Shown here: in pieces, positions 55,743-64,000 of the stretch
Layout: every line of letters begins with the position of its first letter
How positions within the stretch are numbered: the stretch's first letter is position 1
Made by a program: the position numbers and the translations under genes
Assembly: GCA_963777485.1 (NCBI GenBank)
Contig: CAVZQP010000002.1
Coordinates: 1,006,030-1,070,029, forward strand
Direction: 5' to 3'
Length of the DNA stretch: 64,000 nucleotides
From: an uncultured Acidimicrobiaceae bacterium
Lineage (GTDB): Bacteria > Actinomycetota > Acidimicrobiia > Acidimicrobiales > RAAP-2
Notes under the pieces: model-generated
Seen by the model: only the letters and a program-made list of their open reading frames with translations
Databases searched by the model: none
Told to the model about the DNA's origin: nothing

Positions 55743-57050
55743 ATGCCCGTGGACCACGACCTCGCGACGGCACCGCTGGAGCGGCATCTCCTCCCGCGCT
55801 CGGCCGAAGTGGACGACAAAGGCCACCTTCACGTCGGTGGCATCGATCTGCTCGAATTGGCCGAGGAGTTCGGCACGCCCCTGTTCGTCTACGACGAGAT
55901 ACACCTGCGTCACGCCTGCCGGGAAGCCGTCGCCGCATGGGGAGACGGTGTGGCCTACGCCACCAAGGCCTTCTTGTGCCGGGCCATGGCCCGGCTCGTT
56001 CATGAGGAGGGGTTGCAGCTCGACGTGGCGTCCGGGGGCGAATTGCATGTCGCACTTGCCGCGGGCGTGCCGGCGGAACGCCTCGTCTTGCATGGCAACA
56101 ACAAGTCGACCTATGAGCTCGCTGCCGCACTCGAACGGGGCGTGGGTCGCATCGTCGTCGATTCGTTCGACGAGGTGGCGCGACTTGGCGGACTACTCGA
56201 ATCGGCGCCTCCGGCGACAGAGCGACCCCGGGTTCTCGTCCGCGTCACGCCCGGAGTCGAGGCGCACACCCATGAATTCGTGCGCACCGGTCAAGAGGAT
56301 TCGAAGTTCGGGTTCTCGGTCTCGTCGGGCGCAGCGAACGAAGCCGTCGCGGCGCTCGAACTGCTGCCTGGCGTCGAGCTCGTGGGTGTGCATGCCCATA
56401 TCGGGAGCCAGGTCTTCGACGCATCCTCCTTCGAACAGGCGGCCGAGGTGCTCGGCACGTTCTTTGCCCCGCTCGGCTTGCCGGAACTGGTGGTGGGCGG
56501 CGGCCTCGGCGTGCCCTACGTCAACGGTGAACGCGCTCCGAGTCAGCGCGAGTGGGCCGACGCCACCCGCACCGCGTGCGCGAAGGCGGGCGTGGATTCA
56601 TCAACGCGCATCTCAGCCGAGCCCGGCCGTTCCATCGTGGCAACTGCCGGCATCACCCTCTACAGCGTCGGCACGGTCAAGCACCTGCCGGGGATCCGTA
56701 CCTATGTGAGTGTCGACGGTGGTATGAGCGACAATCCGCGGCCTGTGCTCTACGGCAGTGGCTACGAGGCATTTCTGCCCCGCGCCGCGCGCGCAGCGCG
56801 TCCGCGGCCGGTGCGGGTAGTCGGCAAGCACTGTGAGAGTGGTGACCTCGTCGTGCCGGACGCCTTCGTGCCCGACGACCTCGAGGTGGGCGACGTGTTG
56901 GCCACGCCCGTCACGGGTGCTTACGGCTACTCAATGGCTTCGAACTACAACAAGGTGCCCCGTCCCGGTGTGGTCTTCGTGGCCGATGGCACCGCCCGCG
57001 TCGTCGTGCGGCGCGAGACGTTCGACGACCTCATCCGGCTCGACTCCTGA
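55743..57050 (+). CDS. lysA: Diaminopimelate decarboxylase
   Basis: PLP-binding region ...YATKAF..., HGNNKS, ...HIGSQ..., ...EPGRSIV..., CESGD. Confidence 0.95.
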   Translation: MPVDHDLATAPLERHLLPRSAEVDDKGHLHVGGIDLLELAEEFGTPLFVYDEIHLRHACREAVAAWGDGVAYATKAFLCRAMARLVHEEGLQLDVASGGELHVALAAGVPAERLVLHGNNKSTYELAAALERGVGRIVVDSFDEVARLGGLLESAPPATERPRVLVRVTPGVEAHTHEFVRTGQEDSKFGFSVSSGAANEAVAALELLPGVELVGVHAHIGSQVFDASSFEQAAEVLGTFFAPLGLPELVVGGGLGVPYVNGERAPSQREWADATRTACAKAGVDSSTRISAEPGRSIVATAGITLYSVGTVKHLPGIRTYVSVDGGMSDNPRPVLYGSGYEAFLPRAARAARPRPVRVVGKHCESGDLVVPDAFVPDDLEVGDVLATPVTGAYGYSMASNYNKVPRPGVVFVADGTARVVVRRETFDDLIRLDS

Positions 57051-57085
57051 CGGAGCCGGCTTTGCGGTTGGCCGACCCGTCGCCA

Positions 57086-57230
57086 TTCGGACCGGAGCAG
57101 TGACGCCGGGCGTGCGTGGGCAGCGATGAGGGCGGGAACGAGAGCGAGCACGTTGGCAACCACCAGCGTCCCAACGCGACACCGGCGAGCAACGCCGCTG
57201 TCGGAGCGACTCCGGTAGTGGTCGTCATGA
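57086..57230 (-). pseudogene. Second relic of an FtsX-family permease C-terminus (itself frame-broken)
   Basis: The minus strand reads ...GTLVVANVLALVPALIAAHARPASLLRSE followed by W where the stop should be. The adjacent frame gives ...GVAPTAALLAGVALG immediately upstream. It lies in the 384-bp lysA-hom spacer. Confidence 0.35.
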
Positions 57231-57434
57231 CCTACGGGCCCCGGACCGTCTGGCCTGCCAGTGCATCGCCGAGCAACTGCTCGTTCTGCGTTTGGGATCC
57301 CGTGCTCTTGGGCGAGAGCCACAACACCTGCGCGACCGAGTCCAATGTCGCCCGGATGCGGCGCGGACAGCCTGTACCGTTTGGAGGTGACCGCAGCCCA
57401 GGCGAAGCTGCCCATCGACGTGCAGACCACCCCC

Positions 57435-58769
57435 ATGCGGGGGACCACGCACGCCCATCCGGCGCCGACCGTGCGTGTGGCGCTGCTGGGCTGCGGCAAC
57501 GTCGGCAGCGCCCTCGCCGAGATCCTCCTCACCCGGGCTGACGACGTAGCCGATCGCACCGGCATCCGGCTCGAACTCGTCGGCATCGCCGTGGCCGACG
57601 CGACCAAGCCTCGGGCTGCCGCCATCGATACGGCGCTCATCGGCACCGACGCCGCGGCGCTGGTCGCCCGCGACGACGTCGATGTCGTGGTCGAGCTCAT
57701 CGGTGGTCTGCATCCGGCCCACGAGCTGGTCGAGGCCGCCCTGCGGAACGGCAAGCCCGTTGTCACCGGGAACAAGGCTCTGCTGGCCGTCGCGGGGGCG
57801 GAGCTGGCCGAGGTGGCCGCGGCGGCCAGCGTCGACCTGCTCTACGAAGCCGCGGTGGCCGGCGCCATCCCCGTCATCCGGCCTCTCCGCGAGTCGCTGG
57901 CCGGCGAGCAGATCGTGCGCGTGATGGGCATCGTGAACGGGACGACCAACTACATCCTCACCCGCATGGAGGAGAAGGGCGACAGCTACGACGACGTCCT
58001 CCGTGAGGCGCAAGCGCTGGGGCTGGCCGAGCGCGACCCCACAGCCGACGTCGAGGGCCACGACGCCGCCGCGAAGGCGGCCATCCTCGCCGTGCTCGCC
58101 TTCGGCTCGGACGTGGTCGACGCCGACGTGTACCGCGAAGGCATCAGCGGGGTGAGCGCGGCGGACGTGGCCTACGCGGCGCAGCTCGGCTACTCGATCA
58201 AGCTCCTCGCCATCGCCGAGCTCGTCGACGGCGGCCCCGAGATCTCGGTGCGGGTGCACCCGGCGATGGTGCCGCGCACCCATCCGCTGGCCGCCGTGCG
58301 CGGCGCGTTCAACGCAGTGTTCGTCGAGGGGGCGGTGAGCGGCGAGCTCATGTTCTACGGGCGCGGCGCAGGCGGCGGCCCCACCGCCACTGCCATGCTC
58401 GGCGACCTCGTCGATGCCTCGCGCAACCTGCTGGCAGGCGCACCCGCGCCGGCGCCCAAGCGCACGAGCACCAGCATGCGCGCGCAAGACGACCTGCTTT
58501 CGGCCTTCTACCTGAGCATGGACGTGGCCGACCGCCCCGGCGTGCTGGCGGCCGTCGCCAAGATCTTCGGGGACCACAACGTCTCCATCCGGGCCATGGA
58601 ACAGGTGGGCTTGGCCGATGAGGCACGACTGATCTTCTTGACCCACGTGGCCCGCGAGGGCGACCTCCTGGCGACGATCGACGCCCTGCGCCAGTTGCAG
58701 GCAGTCGACCGGGTGAGCGGGGTGCTGCGGGTGATCGGCGAGCATGACGACGAGGAAGGGTCGTCGTGA
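57435..58769 (+). CDS. hom: Homoserine dehydrogenase
   Basis: [14 protein letters not shown] (NAD-binding), ...[11 protein letters not shown]..., and a C-terminal ACT domain. ATG at 57435 chosen. Confidence 0.9.
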   Translation: MRGTTHAHPAPTVRVALLGCGNVGSALAEILLTRADDVADRTGIRLELVGIAVADATKPRAAAIDTALIGTDAAALVARDDVDVVVELIGGLHPAHELVEAALRNGKPVVTGNKALLAVAGAELAEVAAAASVDLLYEAAVAGAIPVIRPLRESLAGEQIVRVMGIVNGTTNYILTRMEEKGDSYDDVLREAQALGLAERDPTADVEGHDAAAKAAILAVLAFGSDVVDADVYREGISGVSAADVAYAAQLGYSIKLLAIAELVDGGPEISVRVHPAMVPRTHPLAAVRGAFNAVFVEGAVSGELMFYGRGAGGGPTATAMLGDLVDASRNLLAGAPAPAPKRTSTSMRAQDDLLSAFYLSMDVADRPGVLAAVAKIFGDHNVSIRAMEQVGLADEARLIFLTHVAREGDLLATIDALRQLQAVDRVSGVLRVIGEHDDEEGSS

Positions 58770-59809
58770 CGGCGGGCTGGCGCGGCGTCATCACCGAATA
58801 CCGCGACTTCCTGGGTGTCACCGAGCACACACCGGTCGTGACCCTGCTCGAGGGAGGGACACCGCTCGTGCCCGCACCACGGCTTTCCGAGCGGGTGAAC
58901 GCAGAGGTGTGGTTGAAGGTCGAGGGAGCGAACCCCACCGGCAGCTTCAAGGACCGCGGCATGACCATGGCGATCTCCATGGCGGTGGAGGAGGGCGCGA
59001 AGGCCGTCGTCTGCGCGTCGACGGGGAACACGTCGGCCTCGGCCGCCGCCTACGCGTCGCGTGCCGGCATCGCCTGCGTCGTACTCATTCCTGACGGACA
59101 CATCGCGCTCGGCAAGCTCGCGCAGGCGCTGATGCACGGGGCGCGCGTCCTGCAGGTGCGGGGCAACTTCGACCAGTTGCTGACGATCGTGCGCGACCTT
59201 CCCAACCACGCGCCGATCACGGTGGTCAACTCCGTGAACCCCCATCGGATCGAAGGACAGAAGACCGGCGCCTTCGAAATCGTTGACGTCCTCGGCGACG
59301 CGCCCGATGTGCACTGCATCCCTGTCGGCAACGCGGGGAATATCTCGGCCTATTGGAAGGGTTACCTCCAATACAAGGAAGCGGGAAGGTCGACGAAGCT
59401 GCCGAAGATGTGCGGCTTCCAGGCGGCGGGTGCCGCGCCCATCGTGCTCGGCCACCCGGTCGAGCATCCCGAGACGATCGCCACGGCGATCCGCATCGGG
59501 AACCCGGCCAGTTGGTACTCGGCCACGGCCGCCGCGTCCGAGTCCGGCGGATCCATCTCGGCCGTCACCGACGACGAGATCATGGACGCCTACAAGTTCT
59601 TGGCCAAGGAGGAGTCGTTGTTCTGCGAAGCGGCCTCCTCGGCCTCCGTGGCCGGCCTGCTGAAGCAGGGCGTGCCGGCGGGGTCGAAAGTGGTGTGCGT
59701 CTTGACGGGACACGGCCTGAAGGACCCGGACCTGGCCATCCAGGCGATCTCGGTGCCGTCGGTGATCGACCTCGATCTCGACACCGTCCTGGCCGAGATC
59801 TCGCTCTGA
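58766..59809 (+). CDS. thrC: Threonine synthase
   Basis: ...[15 protein letters not shown]... (PLP Lys), ...ASTGNTSAS... . GTGA overlap with hom. Confidence 0.95.
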   Translation: MTAGWRGVITEYRDFLGVTEHTPVVTLLEGGTPLVPAPRLSERVNAEVWLKVEGANPTGSFKDRGMTMAISMAVEEGAKAVVCASTGNTSASAAAYASRAGIACVVLIPDGHIALGKLAQALMHGARVLQVRGNFDQLLTIVRDLPNHAPITVVNSVNPHRIEGQKTGAFEIVDVLGDAPDVHCIPVGNAGNISAYWKGYLQYKEAGRSTKLPKMCGFQAAGAAPIVLGHPVEHPETIATAIRIGNPASWYSATAAASESGGSISAVTDDEIMDAYKFLAKEESLFCEAASSASVAGLLKQGVPAGSKVVCVLTGHGLKDPDLAIQAISVPSVIDLDLDTVLAEISL

Positions 59810-59895
59810 GTCGGGACAGCAGGTTTCGCCTGGTCGGAGCGGGTGTGGCGGCTAGCAAGCACGACGCCGCGCCGACGGCCTGAACCGGGGGTGTG

Positions 59896-59924
59896 TTGGC
59901 ACTGCCCGCTGGCCCCGCTAAAGT
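59896..59924 (+). promoter_or_regulatory. Candidate sigma-A-type promoter TTGGCA-N17-TAAAGT for rho (leader about 165-175 nt)
   Basis: Hexamers and the 17-nt spacer read directly. Confidence 0.4.
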
Positions 59925-60105
59925 AGGGACATCCCCACTGCGCTTCAAGGCGCTCTCCGCGGGTACAAGCGGTCTCGGGAGAGCCAGACGCAGCAGCGGT
60001 GACCCTGGGGGGAGGGCATTCACACGCGAGGCCCTTCTCCAACCTGAAATTCCCTCGCCGCGCGCGGACTCCGGGCCGGCGATAACCCTCTAGATGAGGA
60101 GCCCG

Positions 60106-61923
60106 ATGACTGCGGAACAGCAGCTCGAACGATCGGTTCTCGAAGGCAAGGAGCGCGACGAGCTCAGTGCCATCGCCCAGGCCATGTCGCTCAAGACGAA
60201 CAGCCGGACGAAGAAGGCCGACATTATTGATCAAATTCTCGACGCGACAGGCGTGACCTCAGGGTCCGCCGCTGCGTCAAACGGGGACGGCGAAGGTGGC
60301 GACGCCAACGGTGCGAAGCCATCTCGCCGGTCCCGCTCGGTTTCGGCCTCGGCGAGCGCCGGCTCGGACCAGGCTGCTGACACTGCGGCCGGAGCCGGCG
60401 CCGGCGACGCCACGCCGACCACGGCACCTGCCGCCTCCGAAGGCGGCGCGCCGGAGAGCTCTGCGGCTGGGACAGCGCCGGGCGCTACGACGGACGTGAC
60501 GGGCGCGAGCACCGACTCGGGCCCGGCGATCTTCGTGGAGCCACCCGACCTGGCGACGGGCAACGAGCCCGCGTCGCGCCAGAACGGCCAGGGCGGTGGT
60601 GGCCAGAGCGGTGGCGGCCAGAGCGGTGGCGGCCAGGGCGGTGGCAACCGGAACCGCCAGAACCAGAACCGCCAGGGCGGCGGCGACGGCGACGTCGGCA
60701 ACCGCCGCAGTCGCCGGCGTCGTGGTCGCGAGCGCGGTCAGGGCGGCGAGCTGCAGGGGGGCGGCGGTCAGGACCAGCCCTACACCGGCGAGCTGGTCGA
60801 GGTGAAGGGCATGTTGGACCTGCGCGACGAGGGCTACGGCTTCCTCCGTTGCGAGGGGTACCTGCCTTCGTCCAAGGACGTGTACGTCTCCATCAGCCAG
60901 GCACGGCGTTTCGCTCTCCGGCGTGGTGACTACATCGAGGGCGCGTGCCGGCCGGCAAGCAACAACGAGAAGTACCCCGCGCTGTTGCGCATCGACTCGG
61001 TGTCGGGCCTCGATCCCGAAGCGGCGAAGAACCGGCCCAAGTTCGAGGACCTGACGCCGCTGTTCCCCGACTCGCGGTTGAACCTCGAGATGCCGGGCGA
61101 CAAGGACAACCTGACGGCGCGCATCGTGGACCTGCTCTCGCCGATCGGCAAGGGGCAGCGCGGCATGATCGTGTCGCCGCCCAAGGCCGGCAAGACGACG
61201 GTCATGAAGCAGATCGCCCACTCCATCGAGGCGAACAACCCGGACGTGCACCTCATGGTGCTGCTGGTGGACGAGCGGCCCGAAGAGGTCACCGACATGC
61301 GCCGCACTGTCAAGGGCGAGGTCATCGCGTCAACCTTCGACCGGCCCTCGGACGAGCACACGCAGGTGGCCGAGCTCGCGATCGAGCGGGCCAAGCGTCT
61401 GGTCGAGATGGGTCGCGATGTCGTGATCATTTTGGATGGGATCACGCGCCTGGCCCGGGCCTACAACCTGGCCGCGCCGGCGACGGGGCGGATCATGTCC
61501 GGTGGTGTCGACTCCGGTGCGCTGTACCCGCCCAAGAAGTTCTTCGGCGCCGCCCGGAACATCGAGGAGGGTGGTTCGCTGACGATCCTGGCCTCCGCGC
61601 TGGTCGAGACCGGCTCCAAGATGGACGAGGTCATCTTCGAGGAGTTCAAGGGCACCGGCAACATGGAGCTGCGGCTGGACCGTCGTCTCTCGGAGCGTCG
61701 GCTCTATCCGGCGATCGACGTCAACGCTTCGTCGACCCGCCACGAGGAGCTCCTGTTCGAGCGGGGCCAGCTCCAGCAGGTGTGGAAGCTGCGCCGGGTC
61801 CTGAACGCCCTGGCCTCCGACGGCAAGGACGCCGCCGGCCTGGAGCTCCTGATGGACAAGATCAAGACGACCGGCAGCAACGACGAGTTCCTCGCCGAGA
61901 TCGCCAAGGGGCCGGGCACCTAG
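60106..61923 (+). CDS. rho: Transcription termination factor Rho with about 200-aa actinobacterial N-terminal insertion
   Basis: Rho_N (...[27 protein letters not shown]), an RNA-binding cold-shock-like domain, Walker A PPKAGKT, and ...LVDERPEEV... . An alternative ATG lies at 60094. Confidence 0.95.
   Translation: MTAEQQLERSVLEGKERDELSAIAQAMSLKTNSRTKKADIIDQILDATGVTSGSAAASNGDGEGGDANGAKPSRRSRSVSASASAGSDQAADTAAGAGAGDATPTTAPAASEGGAPESSAAGTAPGATTDVTGASTDSGPAIFVEPPDLATGNEPASRQNGQGGGGQSGGGQSGGGQGGGNRNRQNQNRQGGGDGDVGNRRSRRRRGRERGQGGELQGGGGQDQPYTGELVEVKGMLDLRDEGYGFLRCEGYLPSSKDVYVSISQARRFALRRGDYIEGACRPASNNEKYPALLRIDSVSGLDPEAAKNRPKFEDLTPLFPDSRLNLEMPGDKDNLTARIVDLLSPIGKGQRGMIVSPPKAGKTTVMKQIAHSIEANNPDVHLMVLLVDERPEEVTDMRRTVKGEVIASTFDRPSDEHTQVAELAIERAKRLVEMGRDVVIILDGITRLARAYNLAAPATGRIMSGGVDSGALYPPKKFFGAARNIEEGGSLTILASALVETGSKMDEVIFEEFKGTGNMELRLDRRLSERRLYPAIDVNASSTRHEELLFERGQLQQVWKLRRVLNALASDGKDAAGLELLMDKIKTTGSNDEFLAEIAKGPGT
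60586..60645 (+). repeat. Four tandem 15-nt coding repeats ggccag(g/a)gcggtgg(t/c), giving [10 protein letters not shown], followed by [10 protein letters not shown]
   Basis: Read directly, inside the Rho insertion domain. Confidence 0.9.
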
Positions 61924-62064
61924 ATCGGGCCTGCGCTTGCGGCCGGTCGGGGGTCGGGCATCGGGCATATTCCCGGGCCGATCGGCGTTTCACCTGTTAC
62001 AGGCCGGCCAGGCGTGGCGCTTCGGCGCCGTACACTGGTGCGGCTCACGAGTCTGGAGACACCA

Positions 62065-62313
62065 ATGAAGACCGACATCCACCCCGATTACGTCGAGGCC
62101 ACCGTCAAGTGCTCGTGTGGCAACACGTTCACGACGCACTCCACCAAGGCCGACCTCCACGTCGAGCTCTGCAACGAGTGCCATCCCTTCTTCACGGGCA
62201 AGCAGAAGCTCGTCGACTCCGGTGGACGGGTCGAGCGCTTCCAGCGCCGCTACGGCGAGCGCAAAGGGCGGGCCAAGGCGAAGCCCGCCTCGCCTTCACC
62301 GGAATCGGAATAG
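62065..62313 (+). CDS. rpmE: 50S ribosomal protein L31 (Zn-binding, type A)
   Basis: MKTDIHPDY...CSCGN...[13 protein letters not shown]. Confidence 0.95.
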   Translation: MKTDIHPDYVEATVKCSCGNTFTTHSTKADLHVELCNECHPFFTGKQKLVDSGGRVERFQRRYGERKGRAKAKPASPSPESE

Positions 62314-62318
62314 CCGTC

Positions 62319-62344
62319 GGCGCGACCGGTCCTCCGGTGGCGCC
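62319..62344 (+). terminator. Hairpin ggcgcgaccgg-tcct-ccggtggcgcc (10 bp, one mismatch) between rpmE and prfA
   Basis: Read directly. No U-tract, so it may be only partial termination or attenuation. Confidence 0.35.
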
Positions 62345-62374
62345 GATCGCCGGCCCTAGCCTTGGCTCCCAGTC

Positions 62375-63454
62375 ATGATCGACGACCGGATGGCCGCGCT
62401 CGAGGCCGAGTTCGCCTCGGTGGAGGCGGAGCTGTCCGACCCGGCCACGCTGTCCGATGCCGACAAGCTGCGCGACCTGTCGCGCCGGCACAAGGAGCTC
62501 GCCGAGGTCGTCAAGACGTGGCACGACCTGACGTCGGCCCGCTCTGACGTCGCAACCGCCCGCGAGATGTTGACGGAGGCCTCCGGCGACGACCGCGAGA
62601 TCATGCGCGAGGAGATCGAGTCGTCAGAGGCCCGGATGGGTTCGCTCGAGCAGCGCATGGAGACCCTGCTGCTGCCGAAGGACCCCAACGAGGGACGAAA
62701 CGTGATCATGGAGATCCGCGGCGCCGTCGGCGGTGACGAGGCGAACCTGTTCGCGCGGAACCTCTACGACATGTACCTGCGCTACGCGGCGGCGAACAAG
62801 TGGAAGGTCGAGGTCCTTTCCGAGGACGATTCGGACAAGGACGGGATCAACGAGGCGGTCTTCGTGGTCAAGGGGGCCGACGCCTACATCCGCCTGGAGC
62901 ACGAGGGCGGCACGCATCGAGTCCAGCGCGTCCCGGTCACCGAGGCCAAGGGCCGGGTCCACACCTCGACGGCGACCGTGACCGTCCTGCCCGAGGCGGC
63001 GGAGGTCGAGGTCGAGATCGACCCGAACGACCTCAAGGTCGACGTCTATCGCTCGAGCGGTCCCGGCGGGCAGTCGGTCAACACGACGGACTCGGCGGTG
63101 CGGATCACGCACCTCCCGACGGGCACGGTGGTGGCCATGCAGGACGAGAAGTCGCAGATCCAGAACCGCGCCAAGGCGATGGTCGTGTTACGGGCGCGCC
63201 TGTTGAAGGCCGAGCAGGACCGCCAGGCCGCCGAGATGTCGGCCGAGCGCCGCGGCCAGGTCGGCGCCGGCAGCCGCACCGACAAGATCCGCACCTACAA
63301 CTACAAGGAGAACCGGGTCACCGACCACCGGATCAACCTCACCCTCTACAAGCTCGACCAGGTGCTGGCAGGCGACCTCACCGAGCTGACCGACGCGCTC
63401 ATGGCGGACAAGCGGGCGCGTCAGCTGGCGGGGGAGGAGGCGGAGGGCGCGTGA
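62375..63454 (+). CDS. prfA: Peptide chain release factor 1
   Basis: PVT tripeptide (QRVPVTE) and SGPGGQSVN (GGQ motif). Confidence 0.95.
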   Translation: MIDDRMAALEAEFASVEAELSDPATLSDADKLRDLSRRHKELAEVVKTWHDLTSARSDVATAREMLTEASGDDREIMREEIESSEARMGSLEQRMETLLLPKDPNEGRNVIMEIRGAVGGDEANLFARNLYDMYLRYAAANKWKVEVLSEDDSDKDGINEAVFVVKGADAYIRLEHEGGTHRVQRVPVTEAKGRVHTSTATVTVLPEAAEVEVEIDPNDLKVDVYRSSGPGGQSVNTTDSAVRITHLPTGTVVAMQDEKSQIQNRAKAMVVLRARLLKAEQDRQAAEMSAERRGQVGAGSRTDKIRTYNYKENRVTDHRINLTLYKLDQVLAGDLTELTDALMADKRARQLAGEEAEGA

Positions 63455-64000
63455 CGCCCGCTGCGGGCGCCGCCGGTGGCGGTGCTGCTGCTACTGCTGC
63501 GCCCGCCCGCACGAGTGCCCCGGGTCCGACCCGCAGCGAACTCGTGGCCGAACTGGCCGCATTGGTGGGCGCACCGCACGAGGCCCGCTTCATCGTCGAC
63601 GAGGCCCTCGGGCTCGGACTGACGCTCGGGCACCCGGCCCCGCCGACCGGGCCGCTGGACTCCTCCGTGGTGTCGGCCGCGCGGGCGATGGCGTCACGGC
63701 GTGCCGCGGGGGAGCCGTTGCAGTACGTGTTCGGGCACTGGCCCTTCCGGCGCCTCGATCTCTTCGTGGATCAGCGCGTGCTGATCCCCCGGCCCGAGAC
63801 CGAGCAGGTGGTCGAGGTGGCGCTGGCCGAGGCGCGGCGGCTCTGGGAGGCCCACGGTGACGCCGGCGTGGGCGCCGGGCTCGTCATCGCCGATGCGGGC
63901 ACCGGCACGGGTGCCATCGCACTGTCCCTCGCGACCGAGCTCGGTCCTCGCGTCGTCGCCGAAGTGTGGGCGACGGACATCAGTACCGACGCGTTGGAGG
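63451..64000 (+). CDS. prmC: Release-factor glutamine N5-methyltransferase PrmC/HemK (5' part, runs off the window)
   Basis: GTGA overlap with prfA. ...GEPLQYVFGHWPFRRLDLFVDQRVLIPRPETE... is the HemK signature, and DAGTGTGAI is SAM motif I. Confidence 0.8.
   Translation, partial: MTPAAGAAGGGAAATAAPARTSAPGPTRSELVAELAALVGAPHEARFIVDEALGLGLTLGHPAPPTGPLDSSVVSAARAMASRRAAGEPLQYVFGHWPFRRLDLFVDQRVLIPRPETEQVVEVALAEARRLWEAHGDAGVGAGLVIADAGTGTGAIALSLATELGPRVVAEVWATDISTDALE

Overview
This is a high-G+C (about 70% by spot counts) actinobacterial chromosomal window. I saw no transposase, integrase, CRISPR array or prophage genes.

**Core genes.** The right end carries the conserved actinobacterial block tRNA-Arg(CCG), lysA, hom, thrC, rho, rpmE, prfA and prmC, but thrB is missing from its usual slot. 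Other housekeeping genes are acnA, argS, bcp, a DEAD-box helicase and an Fpg/Nei glycosylase.

**Accessory modules.** The rest is a patchwork of small regulator-plus-effector units:
- a GntR(YtrA)-ABC operon with two paralogous permeases
- MarR with two ABC exporters
- TetR with a hydrolase
- AraC with a VOC protein
- ArsR with an SRPBCC protein
- PaaX with a desaturase
- a winged-helix regulator with a membrane protein

Several of these have clear palindromic operators. Many adjacent genes overlap by 1-4 nt (GTGA, ATGA, TGATG), which suggests translational coupling.

**Most unusual observations.**
1. A 3.5-kb mosaic surface-protein gene at 24217-27709 (G1 glutamic peptidase, six Ig-like repeats, a poly-Pro linker and a 6-blade propeller) can only be read through about nine single-nucleotide frame breaks. 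Two of the breaks sit at the same position of paralogous repeat units. Two others compensate each other and are hidden inside an ORF that looks intact.
2. An apparently uncharacterised ~40-aa repeat, [10 protein letters not shown][IV]FxxGDAxFxGS, forms a propeller in that gene and in an intact CHAP-domain protein.
3. Further decay marks are a frameshifted PIG-L deacetylase, a frameshifted secreted protein with a duplicated signal-peptide region, and two short C-terminal relics of FtsX-type permeases in intergenic DNA.
4. A lower-GC, translationally coupled cassette (GT4, alpha/alpha-like protein, GH130, GT4) lies next to tRNA-Arg. It includes a possible unannotated 43-codon Lys/Arg-rich ORF.

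**Limits.** All functional calls come from reading the translated ORFs and recognising motifs. No database search was run, and coordinates of starts and frame breaks are approximate.
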